NCBI GenBank assembly: GCA_045652765.1
Contig: JAZOLG010000049.1
Coordinates: 219 to 64,218, forward strand
Source: Bacilli bacterium
GTDB taxonomy: Bacteria > Bacillota_I > Bacilli_A > ML615J-28 > CAG-313
Direction of reading: 5' to 3'
Length of the DNA: 64,000 bases
The position numbers and the translations under genes are program-made. This document shows, one piece after another, positions 18,319 through 27,083 of this stretch (its first letter is position 1; each line of letters starts with the position of its first letter). The notes under the pieces are model-generated. The model was given only the letters and a program-made list of their open reading frames with translations, ran no database searches and was not told the DNA's origin.

Positions 18319-19302
18319 ATGGGTTTCTTTTCAGTCTTTAAGAAAAAGAAAAATCAAGATAATAAAGCTTTAGAAAAAGCAAATAAATATCGCTTAGGAA
18401 TGGAAAAAACAAGAAGTGGTCTTTTAAATAAATTAAAAGGTTTATTCCAAAGTTATGATCAAATTACGGAAGATTTATTTGATGATTTAACAGACATTTT
18501 TATTATGGCTGATATTGGTGTTGAAACAACTCTTGATTTTATTGAAGAATTAAAAGAAGATGAAAGAGTTGAAGGAATTCATTCAGCTGATGAATTACAA
18601 CCAATTATTGTTGATAAAATGTTTGAATTATATTTAAAAAATGAAATAATTGATACAAGTTTAAATCTACCAGAAAATGAACTTGGTGTATTATTATTCG
18701 TTGGTGTTAATGGTGTTGGTAAAACAACAACGATTGCGAAAATTGCAAACAGATTAAAAGCTGAAGGGAAAAAGATTTTACTTGCAGCTGGTGATACATT
18801 TAGAGCAGGCGCAATCGACCAACTTAAAGTTTGGGGTGAAAGACTTGGCGTTGATGTTGTAACTAAGGCCCCAGGTAGTGATCCATCGAGTGTTATTTTT
18901 GATGCTATTGTTAAAGCAAAAGCTGAAAAATATGATGTATTACTTTGTGATACTGCTGGACGTTTACAAAATAAAACAAATCTTATGAAAGAACTTGAAA
19001 AGATGAATCGTGTTATTCAAAAAGAAGTTCCTAATGGACCACACGAAACACTTTTAGTAATCGACGCAACAACTGGTCAAAATGGTTTATCACAAGCAGA
19101 ATCATTTAAAGAAATTACGGATGTTACTGGTGTTGTACTTACTAAGTTAGATGGAACAAGTAAAGGTGGAATTGTTCTTGCAATTAGAGATAAATATAAT
19201 TTACCAATTAAATTTGTTGGTCTTGGTGAAAAGATGGATGATCTAGAATACTTTGACTTAGAAGATTATATTTATGGACTATTTGGTGATGATGATGAAT
19301 AA
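18319..19302 (+). CDS. ftsY: Signal recognition particle receptor FtsY
   Basis: SRP54-type GTPase: GVNGVGKTTT, DTAGRL, TKLDGT. Confidence 0.95.
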   Translation: MGFFSVFKKKKNQDNKALEKANKYRLGMEKTRSGLLNKLKGLFQSYDQITEDLFDDLTDIFIMADIGVETTLDFIEELKEDERVEGIHSADELQPIIVDKMFELYLKNEIIDTSLNLPENELGVLLFVGVNGVGKTTTIAKIANRLKAEGKKILLAAGDTFRAGAIDQLKVWGERLGVDVVTKAPGSDPSSVIFDAIVKAKAEKYDVLLCDTAGRLQNKTNLMKELEKMNRVIQKEVPNGPHETLLVIDATTGQNGLSQAESFKEITDVTGVVLTKLDGTSKGGIVLAIRDKYNLPIKFVGLGEKMDDLEYFDLEDYIYGLFGDDDE

Positions 19303-19612
19303 TCTTTTAGAAAAGAAAACATATTATCAAATGTTGTTTAATTTTTATGGTAATTTGTTAACTGAAAAACAAAAAGAATTATTTATGGCATATTATGAAA
19401 ATGATTTTAGTCTTCAAGAAATTGCGGATGAATTTAATATTAGTCGTAATGCAGTGCATGATGCACTTAAAAATGCGATTAAAAATCTTGAACATTTTGA
19501 AGAATCATTAAAACTTTATAAAAAATATATGTTATTTGAACAATTAGAAGAAGAATATAAATATGATTCTAAATGTATGGAGTTATTGAATAAAATTAAA
19601 GAAATGGAGTGA
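19295..19612 (+). CDS. ylxM: YlxM/UPF0122 putative helix-turn-helix protein
   Basis: LFNFYGNLLTEKQKELFMAYYENDFSLQEIADEFNISRNAV matches B. subtilis YlxM as I recall it. It holds the conserved position between ftsY and ffh. The start is ambiguous (ATG at 19274/19289/19292/19295); I chose 19295 for its spacing from GGTGA. Confidence 0.8.
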   Translation: MNNLLEKKTYYQMLFNFYGNLLTEKQKELFMAYYENDFSLQEIADEFNISRNAVHDALKNAIKNLEHFEESLKLYKKYMLFEQLEEEYKYDSKCMELLNKIKEME

Positions 19613-19617
19613 TATAG

Positions 19618-21024
19618 ATGCCTTTTGAAAGTTTATCAGAAAGATTTCAAATGGCCTTACGTCGATTAAGTGGACGCGGAAGAATAAATGAAAATGATAT
19701 TGATGAAATGATGAAGGAAGTTCGAGTATCTTTACTTGAAGCCGATGTTAACTACAAAGTAGTCAAAGCGTTCATTAATGATGTAAAAGAAAAAGCCCTT
19801 GGTGAAAGAGTAATGAAATCATTAACTCCTGGTGACCAAGTATTGAAAATAGTTGATGAAGAATTAAAGAAATTAATGGGTGAAGAAGCTGTACCTATTA
19901 ATATAAATCCAAATGGCACTACTGTTATTTTGCTTGCCGGGTTACAAGGTAGTGGTAAAACTACTCATGCTGGAAAACTTGCTAATTATTTAAGAAAGCA
20001 TCATAATGTTCGTCCATTATTAGTTGCGGCTGACGTTTATCGACCTGCTGCTGTAAACCAACTCGTAACTTTAGGTAAACAACTTGGTATCGATGTTTTT
20101 GAACAAGGCGTTTCAGTTAAACCAGAAGTGATTGTTGAAAATGCTCTTAATCATGCTAAGAAGATGAATAATAATTTAGTAATTATCGATACAGCTGGTC
20201 GTTTATCAATAGATGAAGCATTAATGGAAGAACTAGTTAACATCAAGAAAATCGCTAAACCACATGAAATTCTTTTAGCAGTAGATGCAATGACTGGTCA
20301 AGATGCGGTTAATGTTGCAATGCAATTTAATCAAAAACTAGATGTTACTGGTTGTATTTTAACAAAACTTGATAGTGATACTCGTGGTGGTGCTGCGCTT
20401 TCTATTCGCTATATGACACAAATACCAATTAAATTCTGTGGTATGGGTGAAAAACTTGATCAAATTGAAATTTTCCATCCAGAACGTATGGCAAGTAGAA
20501 TTCTTGGAATGGGTGATGTATTAACATTAATTGATAAAGCAGTAGAGAATATTGATGAAACTGAAGCTCTTAATATGGCGGAAAGACTTGAAAAAGGATA
20601 TTTCAATTATAATGATTTCTTAAAACAACTTAAGATGATCAAAAGAATGGGTTCACTTAAAGGGTTACTAGGTTTAATTCCAGGACTTGGATCAAAACTA
20701 AAAAATATTGATATTGATGATAAAAAGTTTGTTTATATTGAAGCAATTATTGGTTCAATGACAGATGAAGAAAGAAAAAATCCAGAACTTATTGCGTCAA
20801 GTCGTTCTAGAAAAGAACGTATCGCAAGAGGTAGTGGTAGAAGTTATCCAGAAATTAATAATTTAACTCAACAATTTGATACAATGAAAAAACAAATGAA
20901 ACAAATGATGGGCTTAGATGAACAACAAATGGAAAAAATGGCAAAAGGTGGTTATGTGCCTAATATGCCACAACAAAAGGTTAAAAAAGGGAAAGGGAAG
21001 AATAAAGGAGGATTTAGATTTTAA
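19618..21024 (+). CDS. ffh: Signal recognition particle protein Ffh
   Basis: GLQGSGKTT, DTAGRL, TKLD, a Met-rich M domain and a basic tail. Confidence 0.95.
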   Translation: MPFESLSERFQMALRRLSGRGRINENDIDEMMKEVRVSLLEADVNYKVVKAFINDVKEKALGERVMKSLTPGDQVLKIVDEELKKLMGEEAVPININPNGTTVILLAGLQGSGKTTHAGKLANYLRKHHNVRPLLVAADVYRPAAVNQLVTLGKQLGIDVFEQGVSVKPEVIVENALNHAKKMNNNLVIIDTAGRLSIDEALMEELVNIKKIAKPHEILLAVDAMTGQDAVNVAMQFNQKLDVTGCILTKLDSDTRGGAALSIRYMTQIPIKFCGMGEKLDQIEIFHPERMASRILGMGDVLTLIDKAVENIDETEALNMAERLEKGYFNYNDFLKQLKMIKRMGSLKGLLGLIPGLGSKLKNIDIDDKKFVYIEAIIGSMTDEERKNPELIASSRSRKERIARGSGRSYPEINNLTQQFDTMKKQMKQMMGLDEQQMEKMAKGGYVPNMPQQKVKKGKGKNKGGFRF

Positions 21025-21470
21025 TGGTTAAAGATACTTGGTATAAAAGACTTGGCTGGTTCCTATTTTATTCTGCTATAACCCTTGTAATCTTTTTTCT
21101 AATTGATTTAATAGTTCAACGAATTGTATTTAAGTATGAAAACTCAAATGCAGTTGTGTATTTTATTGATGATAATGGTAACAAAACTAATGACAATATA
21201 AAAGTACATGTAATAAATGATCCTGCCAAAATCAGATTAAAGATATTTAGTTCAGTGGATCGTTTTACTGTTACGGTTTCAATTGATGGTATGGAGTTAA
21301 ATAAAGTGTTCGAAAACACTAATATAATTGAATTTGAACTTCCTGCTTTAGCTGGTGAATATATTATTACTTGTAATGTTCATACTAATCCAATATTTGG
21401 TAAAGAACAAGATACTTTATTAACTAGAAAAGTAATTGTTAATAAAATAAAAACAGAAGCATTTTTATAA
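21024..21470 (+). CDS. Hypothetical N-terminally anchored membrane protein
   Basis: TAATG overlap with the ffh stop. One TM helix (LGWFLFYSAITLVIFFLIDLIV) followed by a ~110-aa beta-rich domain. Confidence 0.55.
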   Translation: MVKDTWYKRLGWFLFYSAITLVIFFLIDLIVQRIVFKYENSNAVVYFIDDNGNKTNDNIKVHVINDPAKIRLKIFSSVDRFTVTVSIDGMELNKVFENTNIIEFELPALAGEYIITCNVHTNPIFGKEQDTLLTRKVIVNKIKTEAFL

Positions 21471-21485
21471 AATTGCTTCTGTTTT
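21450..21485. terminator. Bidirectional terminator (convergent 21024..21470 and ruvA)
   Basis: aaaacagaagca/tgcttctgtttt 12-bp stem, T-rich on both strands. Confidence 0.75.
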
Positions 21486-21487
21486 CT

Positions 21488-22051
21488 TTATTTAGTTAAC
21501 TTCTTTAAAGCTGCTTTAACAGCATCTCCTAAAGATGCATAATCGCTAATTTTAAAATCTTTTGTTATTGACTTTATTTCGGCATTATTATAACCTAATG
21601 CTTTTAAAGCATTAATTAAATTTGTTAAGTCTTCATTTGATTTTGAATCAGTTTTTTCAAAATCTAATTTACCTTTTAAATCTAAAATAATTTGTTGGCT
21701 ACCTTTAGTACCAATTCCAGGAAACTTTTTAAAGTAAGCTGGATCACCGTTTTCAATGGCTGCAACAATTTCAGATACGTTGCTAGATGCAAGAATTGCT
21801 AGTGCTCCTTTTGGACCTAACCCTTTAACATTAATGAGCTTTATGAACATCTTACGTTCTTCAACATTATAAAAACCATAAAGTTCAATTAAGTCTTCTC
21901 TAACATGTTGATAAATGTAAACTTTTAGTTCTTCACCAGTTTTAAAACTGTATGGATTTGGTGTTTTAATTAAATAGCCAATACCAAAACATTCTAATGT
22001 AATAGTATTTGGTTCGATGTTTGTAATTGTACCTTTTATATAATCATACAT
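21488..22051 (-). CDS. ruvA: Holliday junction helicase subunit RuvA
   Basis: MYDYIKGTIT..., LINVKGLGPKGALAIL, FKKFPGIGTKGSQQIILDLK (HhH motifs). Start moved to ATG 22051, which has a gaggtga SD. The track's GTG at 22060 lies inside that SD. Confidence 0.9.
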   Translation of the reverse strand: MYDYIKGTITNIEPNTITLECFGIGYLIKTPNPYSFKTGEELKVYIYQHVREDLIELYGFYNVEERKMFIKLINVKGLGPKGALAILASSNVSEIVAAIENGDPAYFKKFPGIGTKGSQQIILDLKGKLDFEKTDSKSNEDLTNLINALKALGYNNAEIKSITKDFKISDYASLGDAVKAALKKLTK

Positions 22052-22191
22052 GATTATCACCTCATAAATATTATAACAAAAAACTATTTAATAATAAAGT
22101 AATTAAATAAAGAGTTAAAATTAAACTATATACATATGCTTTGCCAAAAAACGAAAAAAGTGGTATAATAAGAAAGCAATAGGAGGAGAAT

Positions 22192-23193
22192 ATGGAAGAA
22201 CGTTTAGTTAATCAAACATTCACATCATATGACGAAGAAGAACAAACACTTAGACCACAAAAACTAAGTGAATATGTTGGTCAAAGTGAATTGAAAGAAA
22301 TGTTAGATATTTACATAACAACTGCTAAACAACGTAAAGAAAGTTTAGACCATGTTTTGCTATATGGACCTCCTGGACTTGGTAAAACAACACTAGCATA
22401 TGTTATTGCGAATGAGATGGGAACCAAAGTGAAAGTAACCACAGGGCCTGCACTTTCTAGACCAGGTGACTTAGCATCAATCTTATCATCGCTTGATGCT
22501 GGAGATATTTTATTTATTGATGAAATTCATCGTATTCCAAAAGTTATTGAGGAAATATTATATTCAGCAATGGAAGATTATGCAATTGACATTGTAATGG
22601 GTAAAGATAGTGGAGCGATGACTTTAAGAATAGATTTACCACCATTCACATTAGTTGGTGCAACAACTCGATTTGGTGATTTAACTGCTCCACTTCGAGA
22701 TAGATTTGGAATTGTTCATCAATTAAATTATTATAGTAATGAAGAACTAAAACAAATCATTAAAAGAACTTCAAGAATTTTTGATTATGAAATTGATGAA
22801 GATGCAAGTTTAGAACTAGCAAGACGTTCACGTGGAACACCGAGAATCGCTAATAGATTATTTAAAAGAATTCGTGATTTTGCACAATACAATAATGAAG
22901 AAACAATTAATGTAAAAACAACAGATTATGCTTTAAATAAGTTGAATATAGATGCATCAGGACTTGATCAAACTGATCGCCGATATTTAGAAGTATTGAT
23001 TGAAAGATTTAATGGTGGACCAGTAGGATTAGACGCTTTAGCCGCAACTATTTCAGAAGAAACTGTTACCTTAGAAGATGTCAATGAACCATATCTTTTA
23101 CAAGAAGGTTTTATTATTAGATCATCAAGAGGCCGCGTTGCTACTGAAAAAGCTTATAATCATTTGAACATTAAAAGAGGTGGACTGCTATGA
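22192..23193 (+). CDS. ruvB: Holliday junction helicase RuvB
   Basis: [44 protein letters not shown]. Confidence 0.95.
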   Translation: MEERLVNQTFTSYDEEEQTLRPQKLSEYVGQSELKEMLDIYITTAKQRKESLDHVLLYGPPGLGKTTLAYVIANEMGTKVKVTTGPALSRPGDLASILSSLDAGDILFIDEIHRIPKVIEEILYSAMEDYAIDIVMGKDSGAMTLRIDLPPFTLVGATTRFGDLTAPLRDRFGIVHQLNYYSNEELKQIIKRTSRIFDYEIDEDASLELARRSRGTPRIANRLFKRIRDFAQYNNEETINVKTTDYALNKLNIDASGLDQTDRRYLEVLIERFNGGPVGLDALAATISEETVTLEDVNEPYLLQEGFIIRSSRGRVATEKAYNHLNIKRGGLL

Positions 23194-24215
23194 GAGTAGA
23201 CGAATACGATTACAATTTACCAGAGGAACTCATTGCTCAAACTCCTCTTAAAGAAAGAAGTACATCAAAGCTATTAGTACTAGATAAAACAAATAAAACA
23301 ATTGAGCATAATCATTTCAGCGATATAGTAAATATGCTTGGTGAAAATGATTGTTTAGTGTTCAATGATACAAAAGTAATTCCATCTAGAATATATGGAA
23401 TTAAAAAAGAAACGGAAGCTAATATTGAAGTATTGCTTTTAAAAGAATTAGAAAAAGATACATGGGAAGCTTTAACAAGACCCGCCAAGAGAGTAAAAAT
23501 TGGAACAGAAATAGTTTTTGGTGACAATCAGTTTACTGCTACTTGTATAGGACTTGGTGAAGATGGAATTAGAATATTTAAAATGAATTATGAAGGAATT
23601 TTCCTAGAAAAATTGGAACAACTAGGTGAAATGCCTCTTCCACCATATATTCATGAAAAATTAGAAGAACAAGATCGTTATCAAACTGTTTACGCCAAGT
23701 ACTATGGTAGTGCAGCTGCGCCAACGGCTGGTCTTCACTTTACTAAAGAAGTATTAGAAAAGTTAAAGGAAAAAAATGTTCAAATGGAATATGTAACTTT
23801 ACATGTTGGACTTGGAACATTTAGACCTGTAATGGTTGATAATATTGAAGATCATCATATGCATAGTGAATTTTATATGATGAACAAAGAAACAGCAGAT
23901 CGCTTAAATGAGGCAAAAACTAAAGGTAAAAGAATTATCAGCGTAGGTACTACATCAACAAGAACATTGGAATCGATTTATAATAAATATGGTAAATTTG
24001 TAGAATGTAGTGAAGATACTAATATCTTCATTTATCCACCTTATAAATTTAAAGCAATTGATGCTTTAATTACAAATTTTCATTTACCTAAGTCAACATT
24101 ACTAATGTTGGTTAGTGCGCTTGCAACAAAAGAATTAATTATGAATGCATATGATGCAGCAATTAAAAACAATTATCGTTTCTTCTCATTTGGAGACGCG
24201 ATGTTTATAAAATAA
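23190..24215 (+). CDS. queA: S-adenosylmethionine:tRNA ribosyltransferase-isomerase
   Basis: [49 protein letters not shown]. Confidence 0.95.
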   Translation: MRVDEYDYNLPEELIAQTPLKERSTSKLLVLDKTNKTIEHNHFSDIVNMLGENDCLVFNDTKVIPSRIYGIKKETEANIEVLLLKELEKDTWEALTRPAKRVKIGTEIVFGDNQFTATCIGLGEDGIRIFKMNYEGIFLEKLEQLGEMPLPPYIHEKLEEQDRYQTVYAKYYGSAAAPTAGLHFTKEVLEKLKEKNVQMEYVTLHVGLGTFRPVMVDNIEDHHMHSEFYMMNKETADRLNEAKTKGKRIISVGTTSTRTLESIYNKYGKFVECSEDTNIFIYPPYKFKAIDALITNFHLPKSTLLMLVSALATKELIMNAYDAAIKNNYRFFSFGDAMFIK

Positions 24216-24231
24216 TATAGAAGGTGAAAAT

Positions 24232-25890
24232 ATGACAATATATAAACAATTAGCAGATTTAATTTTTCCAGATATAACTGAAACAATTGAAGATTTAGAA
24301 AAAAGATATCCTGCTCGTGATTTACCAGAAGGTGCAATGGTAACCAGATTTGCACCAAGCCCAACAGGATTTTTACATACTGGATCACTATTTGCTTCAA
24401 TGACTTCTCGTAAGTTCGCAAAACAAAGTGGTGGTGTATTCTTTATTCGTCTAGAAGATACAGACCAAAAAAGAGAAGTTGAAGGTAGTGGTGATAGCTT
24501 AATTAGTCAATTACAAACATTTGGTGTAACACCAGATGAAGGATATTTAGGCACAAATAAAGAAAGTGGAAACTATGGTCCGTATGTTCAAAGCCAAAGA
24601 GCTGATATTTATAAAGTAGTAATTAAATATATGCTTGAAAACAATATGGCTTATCCTTGCTTTTGTACGCCTGAAGAACTTTCAAAAATGCGTGAAGAAC
24701 AAAACGCAAACAAAGAAAACTTTGGCTATTATGCACACTACGCAAAGTGCAGTACTTTAACACCAGAAGAACAAATTGAAAGAATTAAAAATGGTGAAAG
24801 TTACGTAATTCGTTTTAGATCACTTGGAGATTATCATAATAAAGTTGCGATTGATGATGCCATTCGTGGTCACATTGAAATGGCGGAAAACGATCAACAT
24901 ATCGTAATATATAAGAGTGATGGTCTTCCAACATATCACTTTGCCCACTTAGTTGATGATCATTTTATGCATACAACACACGTTACACGTGGTGAAGAAT
25001 GGATGCCAAGTTTACCAATTCATATTGAACTTTTTAATAGTATGAAATGGACTGCTCCAACTTATGCTCATTTACCAGTTATTATGAAACTAGATAATGG
25101 TAATAGACGTAAACTTTCAAAAAGAAAAGACTTAGAAGCTGCTGTATCATTCTTCTTAGAACAAGGTTATCCTATTGAAGGATTCATGGAATACTTATAT
25201 ACAATAGCTAATTCTAATTATGAAGCTTGGCGTGATGAAAATCCAACTCTTGATAAAGATGAATTCAAATTTACATTTGAAAAAATGTCTTTAGATGGTG
25301 CTTTATTCGATCTTGCTAAAGTTCAAAACTTATGTAAAGAAAAACTTGGTCACATGAATACAAAAGAATTCAGCGAAGCAGCAACTCAATGGGCTAAAGA
25401 ATATTCTCCAGAACTTCTAAATTTAATTGAAAAAGATCCAGCATATTTTTCTCAAATCGTTGGTATTGAAAGAGAAAAAGAAAACCCTAGAAAAGACTAT
25501 GAAAAATTCTCTGATATTTTACCACTTATCAAATTCTTCTATAATGAATACTATGATGAAATGGTAAAAGATTTAGTCTTCCCAGAAAACTTATCAAGTG
25601 AAACTATTAAAAAAGTTTTAAAAGCTTATGTAGAAGTATTTGATTTAGAACTTTCAGAAGAAGATTGGTTTGCACAAATGAAAGAAGTAGCAGTTAGTCA
25701 AGGATTCGCAGCTAACGCTAAAGAATATAAAAAGAATAAAGAAGCATTCTTAGGACATGTTGGTGATGTAGCCGCAATCCTACGTCTTACAGTATCTTTA
25801 AGAGCACAATCTCCAAACCTTTATATTGTTATGAAAATCTTAGGTAAAGAAGAAGTTACAAGAAGAATTAACAATATTTTAAATATATAA
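24232..25890 (+). CDS. gltX: Glutamate--tRNA ligase (long ~550-aa Firmicute form)
   Basis: TRFAPSPTGFLHTGS (HIGH-type motif), LRLEDTDQKRE, KLSKRK (KMSKS). The N-terminal extension resembles clostridial GltX as I recall it. Confidence 0.8.
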   Translation: MTIYKQLADLIFPDITETIEDLEKRYPARDLPEGAMVTRFAPSPTGFLHTGSLFASMTSRKFAKQSGGVFFIRLEDTDQKREVEGSGDSLISQLQTFGVTPDEGYLGTNKESGNYGPYVQSQRADIYKVVIKYMLENNMAYPCFCTPEELSKMREEQNANKENFGYYAHYAKCSTLTPEEQIERIKNGESYVIRFRSLGDYHNKVAIDDAIRGHIEMAENDQHIVIYKSDGLPTYHFAHLVDDHFMHTTHVTRGEEWMPSLPIHIELFNSMKWTAPTYAHLPVIMKLDNGNRRKLSKRKDLEAAVSFFLEQGYPIEGFMEYLYTIANSNYEAWRDENPTLDKDEFKFTFEKMSLDGALFDLAKVQNLCKEKLGHMNTKEFSEAATQWAKEYSPELLNLIEKDPAYFSQIVGIEREKENPRKDYEKFSDILPLIKFFYNEYYDEMVKDLVFPENLSSETIKKVLKAYVEVFDLELSEEDWFAQMKEVAVSQGFAANAKEYKKNKEAFLGHVGDVAAILRLTVSLRAQSPNLYIVMKILGKEEVTRRINNILNI

Positions 25891-25898
25891 TTAAAATT

Positions 25899-25937
25899 AA
25901 ACTCAAAAGTAATTAAATTTACTTTTGAGTTTTTTAT
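25899..25937 (+). terminator. Rho-independent terminator after gltX
   Basis: aactcaaaagt/acttttgagtt hairpin plus T-run. Confidence 0.8.
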
Positions 25938-25953
25938 TTTTAAATTTAAATAC

Positions 25954-25983
25954 TTGATATTAAGTTTCAAAATATGATATAAT
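25954..25983 (+). promoter_or_regulatory. Putative promoter of the 26133-30052 module
   Basis: TTGATA, 18 nt, TATAAT. Confidence 0.4.
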
Positions 25984-26132
25984 AAAAGTGTGGGACTTTC
26001 CTATACTCTAAGATAGTTTTTATAATTAGCTTAAAGTATTATTTAAATAAGATTATAATTTAACTCTCTTAGAAATAAGGGAGTATTTTGTATTCATAAC
26101 ATATAATATAATAATAAAGGGAGGTGTTATAT

Positions 26133-26201
26133 ATGATTAAGATTTATTTACTGAATATGGTGATTATCTTTGAAAATGTATTTTATAATGACGCAAAATA
26201 A
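26133..26201 (+). CDS. Candidate 22-codon small ORF (MIKIYLLNMVIIFENVFYNDAK)
   Basis: ATG lies 8 nt after AAAGGGAGGTG, the strongest SD in this region. It ends 21 nt before the TTG start of the lipoprotein gene. There is no homology evidence. Confidence 0.3.
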   Translation: MIKIYLLNMVIIFENVFYNDAK

Positions 26202-26222
26202 TGTTGAAAGGATAAATATAAA

Positions 26223-27083
26223 TTGAAAAAAATATTTACTGTTTTAATTACTTTAGTTTTAATAGTGTGTTTAACGGGATGTTATGAACTTAATGATAAG
26301 TATTTTTCATTGGATGATTTAATATTTGATACAAAAAATTCAAATAGCGGAGATACGGCAGCTCCAATGAGCGTAATTGAATTGTATATTTCAAGTAAAT
26401 ATGACTCTTATAGTATATACGAATGTAAAAAAACTGATAATAATAAAATTATTGCTGGTTATCTCGATATGGAAACTATAAAATTACTAGATAGTATGGA
26501 TGATTATTTCTCTGATCCTTTAGATAGAATTTGTGTAATCTCTGGAATTGATAGATATTTAAAAAAATATCAATACGCAGTCATAAATGGTAAAATTAAT
26601 AAAAATGAGTATCCAGTAAAATGTAAGTATGTTTCTAAAGAAGATTTATCTTTAACATATAAAGAACAACGATTAGTATTTGTATTAGAAGAGTATACTA
26701 TAACCTCAAAGAATATTTTAAATGAAGAATATAATGAATTTAAAGTGTATGATACTGTTTATGGCAATATTAAAAATGGAATATTTCATTATAATTTAAG
26801 TCAAAATTCTAAAACAATTTTCGAACATTTTCTATTAGGTAATACAAAAATGAATAAATATTATATGGAAAGTATGCTTGAATATTGTAGCTTAATTATT
26901 TACGAAGATTTATATGTTACTTCATGTACTTATGAAATTGAGGGTTACATCTATACCGAAGAGTATTATCAAACTGTAGAAAATACTATTATTTCTGAAG
27001 AACCAGAATCTATATATAATGTGTATTATAAGTATGACTATAAGGAAATTATAAAAATTTTAAAGGAGAATAAAATGTTATGA
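26223..27083 (+). CDS. Hypothetical lipoprotein (TTG start)
   Basis: MKKIFTVLITLVLIVCLTGC signal plus lipobox. TTG is the only in-frame start before the signal peptide. The stop overlaps the next gene (ATGA). Confidence 0.6.
   Translation: MKKIFTVLITLVLIVCLTGCYELNDKYFSLDDLIFDTKNSNSGDTAAPMSVIELYISSKYDSYSIYECKKTDNNKIIAGYLDMETIKLLDSMDDYFSDPLDRICVISGIDRYLKKYQYAVINGKINKNEYPVKCKYVSKEDLSLTYKEQRLVFVLEEYTITSKNILNEEYNEFKVYDTVYGNIKNGIFHYNLSQNSKTIFEHFLLGNTKMNKYYMESMLEYCSLIIYEDLYVTSCTYEIEGYIYTEEYYQTVENTIISEEPESIYNVYYKYDYKEIIKILKENKML

Noticed and set aside
22052-22191. Looked for a LexA/Cheo box (GAAC-N4-GTTC) in the ruvA/ruvB divergent region and upstream of polA and mutM.
   Set aside because: Only a partial cgaaaaaagtgg was found, which is not a credible match.
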